From positions 32,001-96,000 of the forward strand of contig JAWARQ010000001.1 of NCBI GenBank assembly GCA_038893355.1: a stretch of 64,000 bases of DNA. The letters are read 5' to 3'. The translations under genes were made by a program, and so were the position numbers. The notes under the pieces were generated by a model. It was given only the letters and a program-made list of their open reading frames with translations. It was not told the DNA's origin and searched no databases. The DNA is from Sulfolobaceae archaeon (GTDB taxonomy: Archaea > Thermoproteota > Thermoprotei_A > Sulfolobales > Sulfolobaceae). Shown piece by piece: positions 1 to 10,295 of the stretch. Each line of letters starts with the position of its first letter. Positions within the stretch are counted from its first letter, which is position 1.

Positions 1-249
1 ATAAAACGAGTAGAAGAGGGTTCACTTAAATTATATCATTTAATTTCCCTCATATATACATGTGTTGCTGGATTAGATATGGTAGCAATTAATACATCTC
101 CAGAGTTGTTATTAAATTTAATTAAAGATCTATACTCTATTCAAAGAGTTAAGGAAAGACCAGTAGGAATGAGAGTAATTCCATCATTTGGAAATGAATA
201 TGTATATGTAAAAGGTTTTGGAAGACTTCCAGAAATAAAAATAGTTTGA
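1..249 (+). CDS. DUF711/UPF0210-family protein, C-terminal part (5' truncated by window)
   Basis: Frame 1 open from base 1: ...YTCVAGLDMVAI...KERPVGMRVIP...IKIV*; resembles the C-x-x-GLDM and P-x-G-x-R-x-IP motifs of DUF711. Confidence 0.55.
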   Translation: MKRVEEGSLKLYHLISLIYTCVAGLDMVAINTSPELLLNLIKDLYSIQRVKERPVGMRVIPSFGNEYVYVKGFGRLPEIKIV

Positions 250-320
250 AATATGACATAAAAGATTTAAACCACTTTTATATACTTTTGAATTGTTAAA
301 ATAATTTGAGAGTGGTATAA

Positions 321-1370
321 TTGGAAGTTAGGAGGGTTCAAAAATTTGGAAAATCTACTTTAATGGTCTCACTACCTGCAGATTGGGTAAAAGAAGTAGG
401 ATTAGTGGCTGGAGATAGTGTATATATAGAAGTTGATGAAGATGGTAGTTTAAGGATATATCCCTCAAATATTAAAATAGAGGCTAGTGTTAGGGAAGTA
501 AAGGTAAATATTAGTAATACAGTAAGTCCAGAACTATTAACAAGAATAATATATGCATATTATATCCTAGGGATAGATAAGATAACTATAGAAACTAAAA
601 ATGGTACATTTACAGAAGAAATTTTAAAGAAGATAAAAGAGGCGGCAAGAAACCTAATAGGATTTGAAATAGTAAATCAGTCTATAGATACTGTACAGAT
701 ACAATCATTTCTTGATCCTACTAAATATAATATGAGTAACTTATTGTTAAGACTCAGTAATACCTTAAAGCAAATGTTCCATTATCTAAGCTTAGGATTA
801 AAGGAAGCTAGCAGGATGTTTTTACAAGAAGTTATTGAACTAGAAAAGGAGATAGATAGATTATACTATCTTGCATTAAGACAATTAATACTAACTCAGA
901 TTAATAGGAATCTATCTTACATGATAGGAGTAAAGAGAGTTCAAATAGTAGGGAATAGAATATTAATAAAGGCTATAGAAGAAGCTGCTGATGAAATAAG
1001 TGAGGCCGCTAATGACCTCCTTACATTACATCCTTCTGAATTAGAATTAATGAAAATAGCCTGGAAAAAATTGGATATTCTAATAGAACAAACAACTGTT
1101 GCTATAGATCATGCAATAAAGGTGATAACTAAAGAAGACTTTAAGTTAGCAAATGAAGTGTTAGAAGAATTAAGAACTATGAGAAGAGTACTTCTTACAC
1201 AGGCAACTATGATTGAAGATTTGGTTTCAGAAATAAAGAATCCAAAAATTCTTAGCGTTATTAGAGTAATTAACTTAAGATTATATAACGCTATTAGAAG
1301 AATGGAACCAATAGCAGAAATAGCGTTTAATAGAAGTATTGAAAATATTAAAGAGCTTGACGTGCAATAA
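321..1370 (+). CDS. phoU: AbrB-PhoU phosphate uptake regulator
   Basis: N-terminal [21 protein letters not shown] (AbrB-like) followed by PhoU helical repeats ([15 protein letters not shown]). Confidence 0.85.
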   Translation: MEVRRVQKFGKSTLMVSLPADWVKEVGLVAGDSVYIEVDEDGSLRIYPSNIKIEASVREVKVNISNTVSPELLTRIIYAYYILGIDKITIETKNGTFTEEILKKIKEAARNLIGFEIVNQSIDTVQIQSFLDPTKYNMSNLLLRLSNTLKQMFHYLSLGLKEASRMFLQEVIELEKEIDRLYYLALRQLILTQINRNLSYMIGVKRVQIVGNRILIKAIEEAADEISEAANDLLTLHPSELELMKIAWKKLDILIEQTTVAIDHAIKVITKEDFKLANEVLEELRTMRRVLLTQATMIEDLVSEIKNPKILSVIRVINLRLYNAIRRMEPIAEIAFNRSIENIKELDVQ

Positions 1371-2526
1371 CTTCTTTAAGTTGACTAATAACATATTCCC
1401 TTATTTCCTTAACTGATGGTAATGGTTCAATTATTTTTCCATTTTCCATATATTTTTTAAGCAATGGCTTACAGCCCTCTTTAGGAGGCTTTTCATTAAG
1501 CAATGTAATTATATCATCATCTGGTATAGAACCACATCTATATATCTGCTTTGCACCAGGCCATTTACCTCTTTTCGTTATCGGTACCCATTCACCATTA
1601 ATATACTTCTCTACAATATCTGCACTTACATCAACACTTGGTGGAAATGCAATACTTGTGCCAACACCAAAACCGTCAACAACATCCTTAAGTTTTATTA
1701 CATCCTCCTCGTCAATTCCCCCGCTAGCAAAAATCTTTACATTATGATATCCATTTATTTTTAAAGTCCATTTTACTTCTTCAATAAGCCTTCTGAAATT
1801 ACCTCTTCTACTAGAAGGAGTATCTAATCTTATTCCATAAAGTCTATCTCCTAATAATCTTGCAGCTTTTAATGCTTCAGTCCTCTCATCTTCAAAAGTA
1901 TCTACTAATGCAATTCTAGGTACATCTGACGGCATAACTTCATCAAAAGCTTTCCATGCTTTTTCATTATCGCCTACACTAATGATTAAAGCATGTGGCA
2001 TAGTACCACTAGGCTTTATTTTGAAAAATTCCTCACTAATAACACCAGAAACACCGTCCATTCCGCCTATATATGCAGCTCTATCCGCCATCGGTGCTAT
2101 TGCTGGATGTAAAACTCTCAAACCGAAAAAGAGAAAAGTCTTGTCAATAGCTAGTGCCTTTATCCTTGCAGCTTTAGTAGCTATACTAGACGAATGCCGG
2201 ATTATCCCTAGTAGGGCAGTCTCATAAACTGCAAAGTCTATATACTTACCCTCAATTATAAGTAATGGCTCAATCTCCTTAAAAAGAGTGCCTTCTGGTA
2301 TTGAGTATACCGTTAATGGTAGGCCTTCTAGAAGTCTTAAAACTTCTTCTAAGCCTGCAAAGACAGCCCATTTATAACCCTTTGGTAAGCTATAAACATG
2401 AAACTCCATTCTAACTCTCAGATTTTCAAGACCTAATCTCTTAAGTATTTCTACAGTTCTTTGAAAGTAAATATCAGTTACCTTTCCACTTAGTATATCT
2501 TCTTCTGATGCAATGAAAAACCTCAT
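1348..2526 (-). CDS. pncB: Nicotinate phosphoribosyltransferase
   Basis: TDIYF, GTMPH, LVDTF, GIRLDT, SGGI, DGFGVGT motifs. Confidence 0.9.
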   Translation of the reverse strand: MRFFIASEEDILSGKVTDIYFQRTVEILKRLGLENLRVRMEFHVYSLPKGYKWAVFAGLEEVLRLLEGLPLTVYSIPEGTLFKEIEPLLIIEGKYIDFAVYETALLGIIRHSSSIATKAARIKALAIDKTFLFFGLRVLHPAIAPMADRAAYIGGMDGVSGVISEEFFKIKPSGTMPHALIISVGDNEKAWKAFDEVMPSDVPRIALVDTFEDERTEALKAARLLGDRLYGIRLDTPSSRRGNFRRLIEEVKWTLKINGYHNVKIFASGGIDEEDVIKLKDVVDGFGVGTSIAFPPSVDVSADIVEKYINGEWVPITKRGKWPGAKQIYRCGSIPDDDIITLLNEKPPKEGCKPLLKKYMENGKIIEPLPSVKEIREYVISQLKEVIARQAL

Positions 2527-2593
2527 TTATGACTCGTAATTATTCTGGGAGATTAATTTTTAAATTTTGAGTAGGAGATAATGATGAATATTA

Positions 2594-3058
2594 ATGATTA
2601 CGCCTAAAATGGTGCCTGCAGACCTATTAGTGAAACGAGTTGCAGAATATTTAAAGGAAAATGTATCTTCACTTAAACCACCATACTGGGTTTATTATGC
2701 AAAGACAGCTAGTTATAAAGAACGCGTACCAGATAATCCAGAAGAGTGGTGGTATTTAAGGGCAGCATCATTACTTAGAAAGCTGTATATTTCTTCAGAA
2801 CCGATTGGAGTAGAAACCACACGAACAATATATAGTGGAAGAAAGAGAAGAGGTGCAAGACCACCAATAACTGTAAAAGCTCCAGGGCATTCTGCTAGGA
2901 TAATCTTCCAGCAATTAGAAAAAGCAGGACTTGTAATAAAAACCACTAAAGGACGTATAATTTCTCCTAAAGGAAGGGCTTTATTAGATAGAATATCCTA
3001 CGAAATATTTAAAGGACTGGCTGACCAAAATCCAGATTTGAAAAAGTATTTAGAATAG
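2594..3058 (+). CDS. rps19e: 30S ribosomal protein S19e
   Basis: [40 protein letters not shown]. Confidence 0.97.
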   Translation: MITPKMVPADLLVKRVAEYLKENVSSLKPPYWVYYAKTASYKERVPDNPEEWWYLRAASLLRKLYISSEPIGVETTRTIYSGRKRRGARPPITVKAPGHSARIIFQQLEKAGLVIKTTKGRIISPKGRALLDRISYEIFKGLADQNPDLKKYLE

Positions 3059-3067
3059 GTGAGAAAG

Positions 3068-3409
3068 ATGGCAGAAGAATACGATCCTGAGTTAGAAGCT
3101 CTATTAAGAAAAAGGGCAATGGAACTACAACAAAAGAAAGAGGAGCAAAAAAAGGCTGAAATTGAATCACAAAAAGAGGCAATTCTAAGGGTAATTCTTA
3201 CACAGGAGGCTAGATTAAGATTGAAGAATGTAAAGTTGGTTAGACCAGAATTAGCTGAAGCTTTAGAAAATCAATTAATAGCATTAGCACAATCAGGAAG
3301 GATAAAAGTTCCAATAACTGATGATGAACTAAAAGAGATATTAGCTAGAATTGATCAACAGAATAGGAGAGATATAAAAATCCAAATAAGAGAAAGGGGT
3401 TGGCGTTGA
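3068..3409 (+). CDS. PDCD5-like DNA-binding protein
   Basis: [37 protein letters not shown]; ATG 3068 follows GGTGA; conserved position after rps19e. Confidence 0.9.
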   Translation: MAEEYDPELEALLRKRAMELQQKKEEQKKAEIESQKEAILRVILTQEARLRLKNVKLVRPELAEALENQLIALAQSGRIKVPITDDELKEILARIDQQNRRDIKIQIRERGWR

Positions 3410-3561
3410 GTGTACATAGACCATTAGCTAAGAAACTCAGACTTGCGAAGGCGTTAAAGAGAAATAGAGCAGTACCAGCATGGGTAATAGTTAAAACTCG
3501 TGGTAGATTTAGGTTTAATCCATTAAAGAGAGATTGGAGAAGGCAAGATTTAAAGGTGTAA
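3406..3561 (+). CDS. rpl39e: 50S ribosomal protein L39e (not in ORF track)
   Basis: TTG start overlapping the upstream stop; [51 protein letters not shown], 51 aa. Confidence 0.95.
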   Translation: MSVHRPLAKKLRLAKALKRNRAVPAWVIVKTRGRFRFNPLKRDWRRQDLKV

Positions 3562-3564
3562 AAT

Positions 3565-3831
3565 ATGAAGGAGAAGGAAAATTTTGAGATGGTAATAAAT
3601 CTTAGAAGAGTAAAAATGGGAAGAAGAACACGTAGATTTGTAAGAAGTATAAAGGTAATAAGAGAAAAGGTAATAAGACACTTTGGTGCAGAAAAAGTAA
3701 TAATAGATCCATTAGTATTAAATTATTTAAGTAGTAATCAAAAAGATAAAATAAAAGGGAGAATTAGGCTAAATATATCAAAAATAGGTGAGAAAACATA
3801 TTTAGTTAAATTAGCAGTGAAAGTTAAATGA
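3565..3831 (+). CDS. rpl31e: 50S ribosomal protein L31e
   Basis: INLRRV...[19 protein letters not shown]; operon context. Confidence 0.9.
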   Translation: MKEKENFEMVINLRRVKMGRRTRRFVRSIKVIREKVIRHFGAEKVIIDPLVLNYLSSNQKDKIKGRIRLNISKIGEKTYLVKLAVKVK

Positions 3832-4508
3832 TAAACATAAATAAATTAAGTATATTCAATAACGATAATTTAGGGGTTTATATTTTTTGCAATGATAAAT
3901 ATGTAATAATACCAAAAGGTATTGATGTTAAGACTAAGGAATTAATAGCAGAAACATTAAAAGCTGAAATAATCGAGGCAGAGGTAGCTAGAAGTCCTTT
4001 AATAGGAGTATTCCTAGTTGGAAATAATAATGTCTTACTGGTACCAAAAATAATTACTACCGAGGAATTAAGTTATCTAAAGCAAAATTTAAAAGATATG
4101 AGAGTAGAGATTTTTGAAAGTAAAGTAACAGCATTAGGTAATACGATACTTTTAAACGATCATGCAGCATATCTCTACCAAGACTTCTCAAATGAAGAAG
4201 TTACAAGACTTTCTAAGTTATTACAGTTGGATAATATCAAAAAAGGGACAATTGCGAACTTCATTACGATTGGAGCAGTTGCAGTGGTAACTAATAGAGG
4301 TGGTGTAGTACATATAGATGCAACTGATAATGAAGTAAAAGAGTTAGAAAAATTATTTAAAGTAAAAATAGGTGTTAGTACCGTTAATTTTGGAAGTGTT
4401 TTCTTAAGAAGTGGATTAGTAGCAAACTCTAAAGGTGCGCTTGTTGGTAGTTCTACTACAGGACCAGAAATATTAAGAATTCAAAAATCATTAAGTGGTG
4501 AGGTGTAA
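3828..4508 (+). CDS. eif6: Translation initiation factor aIF6
   Basis: [48 protein letters not shown]. Confidence 0.95.
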   Translation: MININKLSIFNNDNLGVYIFCNDKYVIIPKGIDVKTKELIAETLKAEIIEAEVARSPLIGVFLVGNNNVLLVPKIITTEELSYLKQNLKDMRVEIFESKVTALGNTILLNDHAAYLYQDFSNEEVTRLSKLLQLDNIKKGTIANFITIGAVAVVTNRGGVVHIDATDNEVKELEKLFKVKIGVSTVNFGSVFLRSGLVANSKGALVGSSTTGPEILRIQKSLSGEV

Positions 4509-4509
4509 T

Positions 4510-4770
4510 ATGAGTTCAGTTAGGGTATATCAAGTTAAAGGTATAGCATTATTTGGAGAATCAAGATACCCTGTACGTCAAAAATTTGTAAAATATGTGC
4601 CAGCATTAAATGAAAAGCAAGTTGTAGAATATATTTATTCTTTTCTTGGAAGTAAAAATAAGATAAAAAGATACAATATAAAAATTCTTGAAATTAAAGA
4701 AGTTAACATTGAAGAAATATATGATAAAAAGATAAAAGACTTATTAAAATTAGGTAAAATAATACTATAG
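4510..4770 (+). CDS. rpl18a: 50S ribosomal protein LX (L18a/eL20)
   Basis: [35 protein letters not shown]; ATG 4510 after GAGGTG. Confidence 0.9.
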   Translation: MSSVRVYQVKGIALFGESRYPVRQKFVKYVPALNEKQVVEYIYSFLGSKNKIKRYNIKILEIKEVNIEEIYDKKIKDLLKLGKIIL

Positions 4771-4780
4771 GTGTGAGAAT

Positions 4781-5233
4781 TTGTCAGAAAATAAAGAAGG
4801 TCAACAGCAAGTAATATCTGTCGAACAATTACTAAATGAAGTAGAAAGGATCAGAAGATCTATAGATACTCTACAATCTGCAATCTTAGAAGTTAATGAT
4901 TCAATTTCTGCAATAGCCTCGTCAAAGAAAGTTCTTGAAATAACTAAATCACAGAATCAAATAGAAGCCTTAGTTACTGTAGATAAGAAAGGTTATTTAA
5001 TTCAGAGAATTAATGGTATAGCATCTAATAAAGTATTAGTAAGACTAGGAAGCAAGTATTACGCTGAGGTAGACATTGATACGGCACTACGAATACTAGA
5101 GAAGAGGGAAGAGGAATTAAAGAGGGTATCTCAGTCATTACAAGGAGAACTCGCTAAACAACTGCAATATTACAATCAGTTGGTCGAGATTCTAAACCAA
5201 ATACAGACGCAACTACAACAAAGAGGTGAATAG
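4781..5233 (+). CDS. pfdA: Prefoldin alpha subunit
   Basis: Coiled coils flanking the KVLVRLGSKYYAEVD hairpin; canonical position before ftsY. Confidence 0.9.
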   Translation: MSENKEGQQQVISVEQLLNEVERIRRSIDTLQSAILEVNDSISAIASSKKVLEITKSQNQIEALVTVDKKGYLIQRINGIASNKVLVRLGSKYYAEVDIDTALRILEKREEELKRVSQSLQGELAKQLQYYNQLVEILNQIQTQLQQRGE

Positions 5234-6207
5234 TCTGTTTCGACAGACTAAAAAAGGCATTTACAGGATTTTTAAATAAGCTCAAAAGTGAGGACGAGCA
5301 AGGAAGAGTAAAAGAAGAAGAGAGTAAATCCTCACATAGGGAATTTTTAGGATTTTTAAAATACAAGGAAATTGAAGAGAAGGATATTAGTGATATTCTT
5401 GAAGATTTAAGGCTTCAGCTTATTGAAAGTGATGTTTCTTACTCTGTTACTCAAAAAATTCTTGATGATATTAAGTCGGCACTAGTAGGTAAAAAGATAA
5501 AAAGAGGGGAAAATTTAGAAAAGATTGTACTAGATACCTTAAAGAAGTCAATTAATGAGGTTTTAGAACGTAGTAAAGCTATTGATATCCTTGAGGAAGT
5601 AAAAAAAGGGCAAAAGCCTTATATAATAGTATTTTTCGGCGTAAATGGAGTAGGTAAGACAACAACTATAGCGAAAATAGGATATTTATTAAAATCAGCA
5701 GGTTATAAAGTGATAATTGCAGCATGTGACACTTTTAGAGCAGCTGCCCAAGAGCAATTAGAATATCACGCTAAAAAACTGAATATAGAAATAATTAAAG
5801 GAAAATATGGCTCTGATCCGGCTTCAGTTGCATTTGATGCGATACAAAAGGCTAAGAAGAATAATTTTGATGTAGTACTTATCGATACTGCAGGCAGAAT
5901 GCACACTGATAAAAATTTAGTAGATGAACTAAAGAGAATTGTAAAAATTACTAAACCTAATTTAAAGATATTAATTATAGACGCATTAACTGGCAATGAT
6001 GCATTGGAACAGGCAAAGTATTTTGCAACTGCAGTAGGATTTGATACAGTAATTTTAACTAAAGTAGACGCAGATGTGAAGGGGGGTATTATATTATCTT
6101 TGGCATATAGCCTAGATAAACCAATTTCTTATTTAGGAATAGGCCAAAACTACGATAGTTTGATTAAAATGGATCCTTCGTGGATTATGGAAAGACTATT
6201 CGACTAA
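5230..6207 (+). CDS. ftsY: SRP receptor FtsY (full length, non-canonical start)
   Basis: Frame open from ATA 5230 (IVCFDRLKKAF...); contains GVNGVGKTTTIAK, DTFRAAAQEQL, DTAGR, TKVD; ORF track shows only the C-terminal half. Confidence 0.92.
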   Translation: MVCFDRLKKAFTGFLNKLKSEDEQGRVKEEESKSSHREFLGFLKYKEIEEKDISDILEDLRLQLIESDVSYSVTQKILDDIKSALVGKKIKRGENLEKIVLDTLKKSINEVLERSKAIDILEEVKKGQKPYIIVFFGVNGVGKTTTIAKIGYLLKSAGYKVIIAACDTFRAAAQEQLEYHAKKLNIEIIKGKYGSDPASVAFDAIQKAKKNNFDVVLIDTAGRMHTDKNLVDELKRIVKITKPNLKILIIDALTGNDALEQAKYFATAVGFDTVILTKVDADVKGGIILSLAYSLDKPISYLGIGQNYDSLIKMDPSWIMERLFD

Positions 6208-6243
6208 CTTAAATATTTAGCATTCAAATAGATTTAATGACAA

Positions 6244-6432
6244 ATGATGCTAAAGAAATTAGTTGAAAAATTACGAAGAATCAGAGAAGAGTGGGGAAGA
6301 ATAATCTCAGTATCTAGAAAGCCAGATAAGGATTTGTATAAGATAAATCTAAGAATGACATTCTTACTATTAGCACTATTTGGAGTAATAGCGTATTTGA
6401 TTCAATTAGCATTATTATTCATAATAGGTTGA
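6244..6432 (+). CDS. secE: Protein translocase SecE/Sec61 gamma
   Basis: EWGRIISVSRKPD followed by one TM helix. Confidence 0.9.
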   Translation: MMLKKLVEKLRRIREEWGRIISVSRKPDKDLYKINLRMTFLLLALFGVIAYLIQLALLFIIG

Positions 6433-6438
6433 TATAAT

Positions 6439-6900
6439 ATGGAGAAATCTTCAATAAGAAATTACTATGCAGTTAAGGTAACAGGAGGGCAAGAGTTAAA
6501 TGTAGCATTATTGATAGAAGAAAGGGTAAAAACTAATAATATTAGTGAAATTTACTCTATTATTATTCCCCCAAATCTTAAAGGATATGTAGTAATAGAA
6601 GCTACTGGAAGCCATATAGTGAGAACAGTAATCTCTGGAATAAGACATGTAAGGGGATTATCTCATGGATTAGTGCCTAAAGAAGAAATAATTAAAATGA
6701 TCTCAAAGAAAGAACGATTAGTTCAGTTAAAGAGTGGAGATCTTGTAGAAATAATTGCAGGACCATTTAGAGGAATGCAGGCTCAAGTAATCAGGGTTGA
6801 AGAAAATAAGGGTGAGGTAGTCTTAAATATTTTAGAATCTGCATTTCCATTACAAGTTACATTACCACTTGAACAAGTAAGACCAGCTAAAAAGGTGTAA
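6439..6900 (+). CDS. spt5: Transcription elongation factor Spt5/NusG
   Basis: AVKVTGGQE, LKGYVVIEA, KOW motif GDLVEIIAGPFRG. Confidence 0.97.
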   Translation: MEKSSIRNYYAVKVTGGQELNVALLIEERVKTNNISEIYSIIIPPNLKGYVVIEATGSHIVRTVISGIRHVRGLSHGLVPKEEIIKMISKKERLVQLKSGDLVEIIAGPFRGMQAQVIRVEENKGEVVLNILESAFPLQVTLPLEQVRPAKKV

Positions 6901-6903
6901 GAA

Positions 6904-7410
6904 ATGCCCGTGCGTACCATTAAGGTAGTAGTTGAAGGAGGAAATGTTAAGCCAGGCCCTCCACTAGCTCCTACTTTATCCCAGCTTGGTCTTAACGTTA
7001 ATGAAGTAATTAAGAAGATAAATGAAGTTACGGCAAATTATAAAGGTATGAGTGTACCAGTCTTCATAGATGTTGATACGGCTACTAAAAAGTATGAAGT
7101 AAGGGTTGGCGTACCTACTACAACAGCTCTTTTATTAAAACAAGCTGGTGTAAATGAGCCATCAGGCGATCCAGCTCATAAAAAGGTAGGTAATATTACA
7201 TTAGAAGATGTAATAAAAGTTGCAATATTAAAGAAACCATCTTTAACTGCAAAAACACTTAAAGCTGCAGTAAAATCAATATTAGGTTCTGCAAAATCAA
7301 TAGGACTAACCGTAGAGGGTAAGGATCCTAAAGATGTGATAAAAGAGGTTGAGGAAGGAAAATATAATGATTTATTAGCTAAATATGAAGAAGAGTGGAA
7401 TAAGAGTTAA
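6904..7410 (+). CDS. rpl11: 50S ribosomal protein L11
   Basis: [23 protein letters not shown]. Confidence 0.97.
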   Translation: MPVRTIKVVVEGGNVKPGPPLAPTLSQLGLNVNEVIKKINEVTANYKGMSVPVFIDVDTATKKYEVRVGVPTTTALLLKQAGVNEPSGDPAHKKVGNITLEDVIKVAILKKPSLTAKTLKAAVKSILGSAKSIGLTVEGKDPKDVIKEVEEGKYNDLLAKYEEEWNKS

Positions 7411-7425
7411 GAAGGTGATGCATTA

Positions 7426-8082
7426 ATGATAGTAGCTCGTGAACTATTAGTAGATAGTATCACTAAGGCATTATCGCCAGAGTATAATCCTAAAAGGAAC
7501 TTTTTACAAAGCGTAGAATTAATTGTAACGTTTAAAGGAGTTGATATGAAAAAAGGTGAAATTAAATTAAGGGAACCAGTGCTACTTCCTAAAAAACCTT
7601 CAAAAGACTTCAAAGTTTTGGTAGTACCAACTTTGGAAATATTAGAAGAAGTTAAAAAAGCACAGCCTAACATGATCCTAACTAAAGATGACCTCCAAAA
7701 GCTACAAGGAAATAAAAGGCAAATCAAAAAGATAGCGAGTAGGAACGATTGGTTTTTAGTAGCTCAGGAGTCAATTGCATTAGTAGGAAGAATCTTAGGC
7801 CCAGCACTTGGGCCTAGAGGAAAATTCCCATTGCCATTACCAACATCAGGTGATGTAGTAGCATATATAAATAGATTTAAGAGGTCAACTTTAGTAAAAA
7901 CAAAAGATCAACCGCACGTACAAACCTTTATAGGAACTGAGGACATGAAGCCAGAGGATTTAGCGGAAAATGCTGAAGCAGTATTAAATACCATAGAACA
8001 AAAAATACCAAGTACTTCCATTATTAGAAAAATATATGTTAAGACAACAATGGGTAAAATAGTTGAGGTAAAGGTGAGATAA
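7426..8082 (+). CDS. rpl1: 50S ribosomal protein L1
   Basis: [29 protein letters not shown]. Confidence 0.97.
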   Translation: MIVARELLVDSITKALSPEYNPKRNFLQSVELIVTFKGVDMKKGEIKLREPVLLPKKPSKDFKVLVVPTLEILEEVKKAQPNMILTKDDLQKLQGNKRQIKKIASRNDWFLVAQESIALVGRILGPALGPRGKFPLPLPTSGDVVAYINRFKRSTLVKTKDQPHVQTFIGTEDMKPEDLAENAEAVLNTIEQKIPSTSIIRKIYVKTTMGKIVEVKVR

Positions 8083-8084
8083 AA

Positions 8085-9089
8085 ATGAGCATACAAGTAG
8101 CAAAAAGAAAAATTCAAAAATGGAAAATAGAAGAAGTTAATGATATAAAAGAAAAGATTAAAAAATATAATGTAATATTAATTGCAGACATTCAAGGATT
8201 TCCAGCTGATAAGTTACATGAAATAAGAAAAAGATTAAGGGGTATTGCAGAGTTAAAGGTTGCTAAAAACTCGTTATTTGAAATAGCACTTAGAGAATCT
8301 GGAATTAATGTTGAACAGTTTAAAAAGTATTTAACGGGCACTAATTTATATATATTTACTAATATAAATCCATTTACATTATCATTAATTTTATCTAGAT
8401 TTAATCTTAAAAGATATGCAATACCTGGCGATAAAGCTGATGAAGAAGTTGTAATTCCGGCAGGAGACACTGGATTGCCTGCAGGTCCTATATTAAGTGT
8501 ATTTGGAAAACTTAAAGTACAGACTAGAGTACAAGATGGTAAAGTGTATGTAGTAAAGGATACTGTTATAGCGAAGCCAGGCGAGGTTATTCCAGTTGAT
8601 GCGATAGGGATATTACAGAAACTGGGAATAATGCCAGTATATGTTAGGCTAAAAATAAAAGTAGCGTATGATAAAGGTCTCTTAATAGAAGGGGAGAATC
8701 TAAAGCTAAATATTGAAGAGTATAAAAACCAAATTAGCTCTGCAGCAATACTCGCATTAAATACTGCTGCAGAAATAGGTTATTTAACACCAGAAACAGT
8801 ACCATTAGTATTTTCAAGAGCCATAATGAGGGCAAGATCTTTAGCGGTAGAAATAGGTTATTTAACACCAGAAACAGTACCGCTGATACTTCAAAAAGCA
8901 TTATCAAAGGCTTATGCATTAGCTTATAGTATCTCATCAAAAGTTGATTTAGGTATTAGTACTCCTATTGTCCCACAGCAACAAGCACAGCCTACACAAG
9001 AAGCTAAGAAAGAAGAAAAGAAGGAAGAAGAAGAAAAGAAGCCGAGTGAAGAAGAAATCGCTAGCGGATTATCATCACTATTCGGATAG
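8085..9089 (+). CDS. rpl10: 50S ribosomal protein P0 (uL10)
   Basis: [25 protein letters not shown], acidic tail [13 protein letters not shown]. Confidence 0.97.
   Translation: MSIQVAKRKIQKWKIEEVNDIKEKIKKYNVILIADIQGFPADKLHEIRKRLRGIAELKVAKNSLFEIALRESGINVEQFKKYLTGTNLYIFTNINPFTLSLILSRFNLKRYAIPGDKADEEVVIPAGDTGLPAGPILSVFGKLKVQTRVQDGKVYVVKDTVIAKPGEVIPVDAIGILQKLGIMPVYVRLKIKVAYDKGLLIEGENLKLNIEEYKNQISSAAILALNTAAEIGYLTPETVPLVFSRAIMRARSLAVEIGYLTPETVPLILQKALSKAYALAYSISSKVDLGISTPIVPQQQAQPTQEAKKEEKKEEEEKKPSEEEIASGLSSLFG
8771..8881 (+). repeat. 33-bp perfect direct repeat within P0 (8771-8803, 8849-8881)
   Basis: agaaataggttatttaacaccagaaacagtacc twice, period 78 nt. Confidence 0.95.
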
Positions 9090-9488
9090 CATAGTAAGGA
9101 AACTATTCCTTTCTCTAATACTATCGCAAATAATAATATAAAAATTAAAATATTATTTAAGCTATAGATAATTTTTCTTCTTTCTTCTCATGATTATAAT
9201 TTTATACTAATTAAGATAATAATACTAATAATACATTGGCTGTAAATGTTTATACTTTATAAAACTTTACGGAAAAAGTATAGGGTCTTACGGAAAAATT
9301 CTAGACTATGCCTAAAGTTTAACCGAAAGATTTATTACTAAACGCTACTTTTGAAAGTTTCTATCTTAAGCTAATTAGACTTTACTATTTGTCTTTAAAG
9401 AGAGAATAGACATTAAAGGAAGTATTATGAGAATTATATAATTTAACGATTTTCTGATAAACGCTAAAGATAGAGTTCGGCTTTCATC

Positions 9489-9700
9489 GTAACTAGTAGT
9501 TACTTTTCGTGACCACTAGTTACTTAGCCTCATTACTCCTCCTCCCTCCCCATGCCTAGGTTAGGGAGCATACCTCCCAGCCACGACACGGGGAGTTTCA
9601 TCGAGTACCTTCCTCTCCCTCGCAACTGCTCATAGAGTTCATAGTGGTACTCTCTGATTAAATAGCAACTACAAATCTTATAAATTTTGATAGGTTCAGC
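9489..9700 (-). mobile_element. Putative IS200/IS605-derived non-coding remnant
   Basis: GC-rich island in an AT-rich spacer; 35-nt imperfect hairpin at 9489-9523; minus-strand TATA box at 9677-9684; resembles, from memory only, the untranslated end of Sulfolobales tnpB elements. Confidence 0.4.
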
Positions 9701-9926
9701 TTATTTGATAGCGTTAAGAGGATTAGAAGTGATTAAAAATAACTGAAAGTTACGTAAACTTGTTACAGACTTATTCTTCGTAATATAACTATAATGCAAT
9801 TTAAAAACAATATTTACTTCGTATCAAACAACTTTTATATTGGCTATTAATATTGAGCATAAATGCTTTACAGAATTTAAGAGAAAAAATTTATATGTAG
9901 CGCTTTATATATGAGTTAGGATAGTC

Positions 9927-10247
9927 ATGGAGTACATATATGCTAGCCTCTTACTTCACTCAGCTAAAAAGGAAATAAGTGAAGAAAACCTTAGGAATGT
10001 TCTTTCTGCAGCAGGGATAAGTATAGATGAAGTGAGATTGAAGGCTGTAGTGGCTGCATTAAAGGAAGTAAACATAGATGAGGTATTAAAATCAGCAACA
10101 TCTATGCCTATTTCTGTAACTCCTATTGTCCCACAGCAACAAGCACAGCCTACACAAGAAGCTAAGAAAGAAGAAAAGAAGGAAGAAGAAGAAAAGAAGC
10201 CGAGTGAAGAAGAAATCGCTAGCGGATTATCATCACTATTCGGATAG
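9927..10247 (+). CDS. rpl12: 50S ribosomal stalk protein P1 (L12)
   Basis: [11 protein letters not shown]...GLSSLFG. Confidence 0.98.
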   Translation: MEYIYASLLLHSAKKEISEENLRNVLSAAGISIDEVRLKAVVAALKEVNIDEVLKSATSMPISVTPIVPQQQAQPTQEAKKEEKKEEEEKKPSEEEIASGLSSLFG

Positions 10248-10295
10248 CATAGTAAGGAAAAAATTCTAATGACACTTTATACTAAGGTCTAAATT

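Larger units (their letters stand above)
8961..10260 (+). repeat. 142-bp perfect direct repeat (8961-9102, 10119-10260) covering the 3' ends of P0 and P1 plus 13 nt past the stop
   Basis: actcctattg...ttcggatagcatagtaaggaaa is identical in both places. Confidence 0.95.

Noticed and set aside
2581-2640. ATGATGA motifs as C boxes (also at ~28611-17 on the minus strand and 48785)
   Set aside because: No D box at a suitable distance
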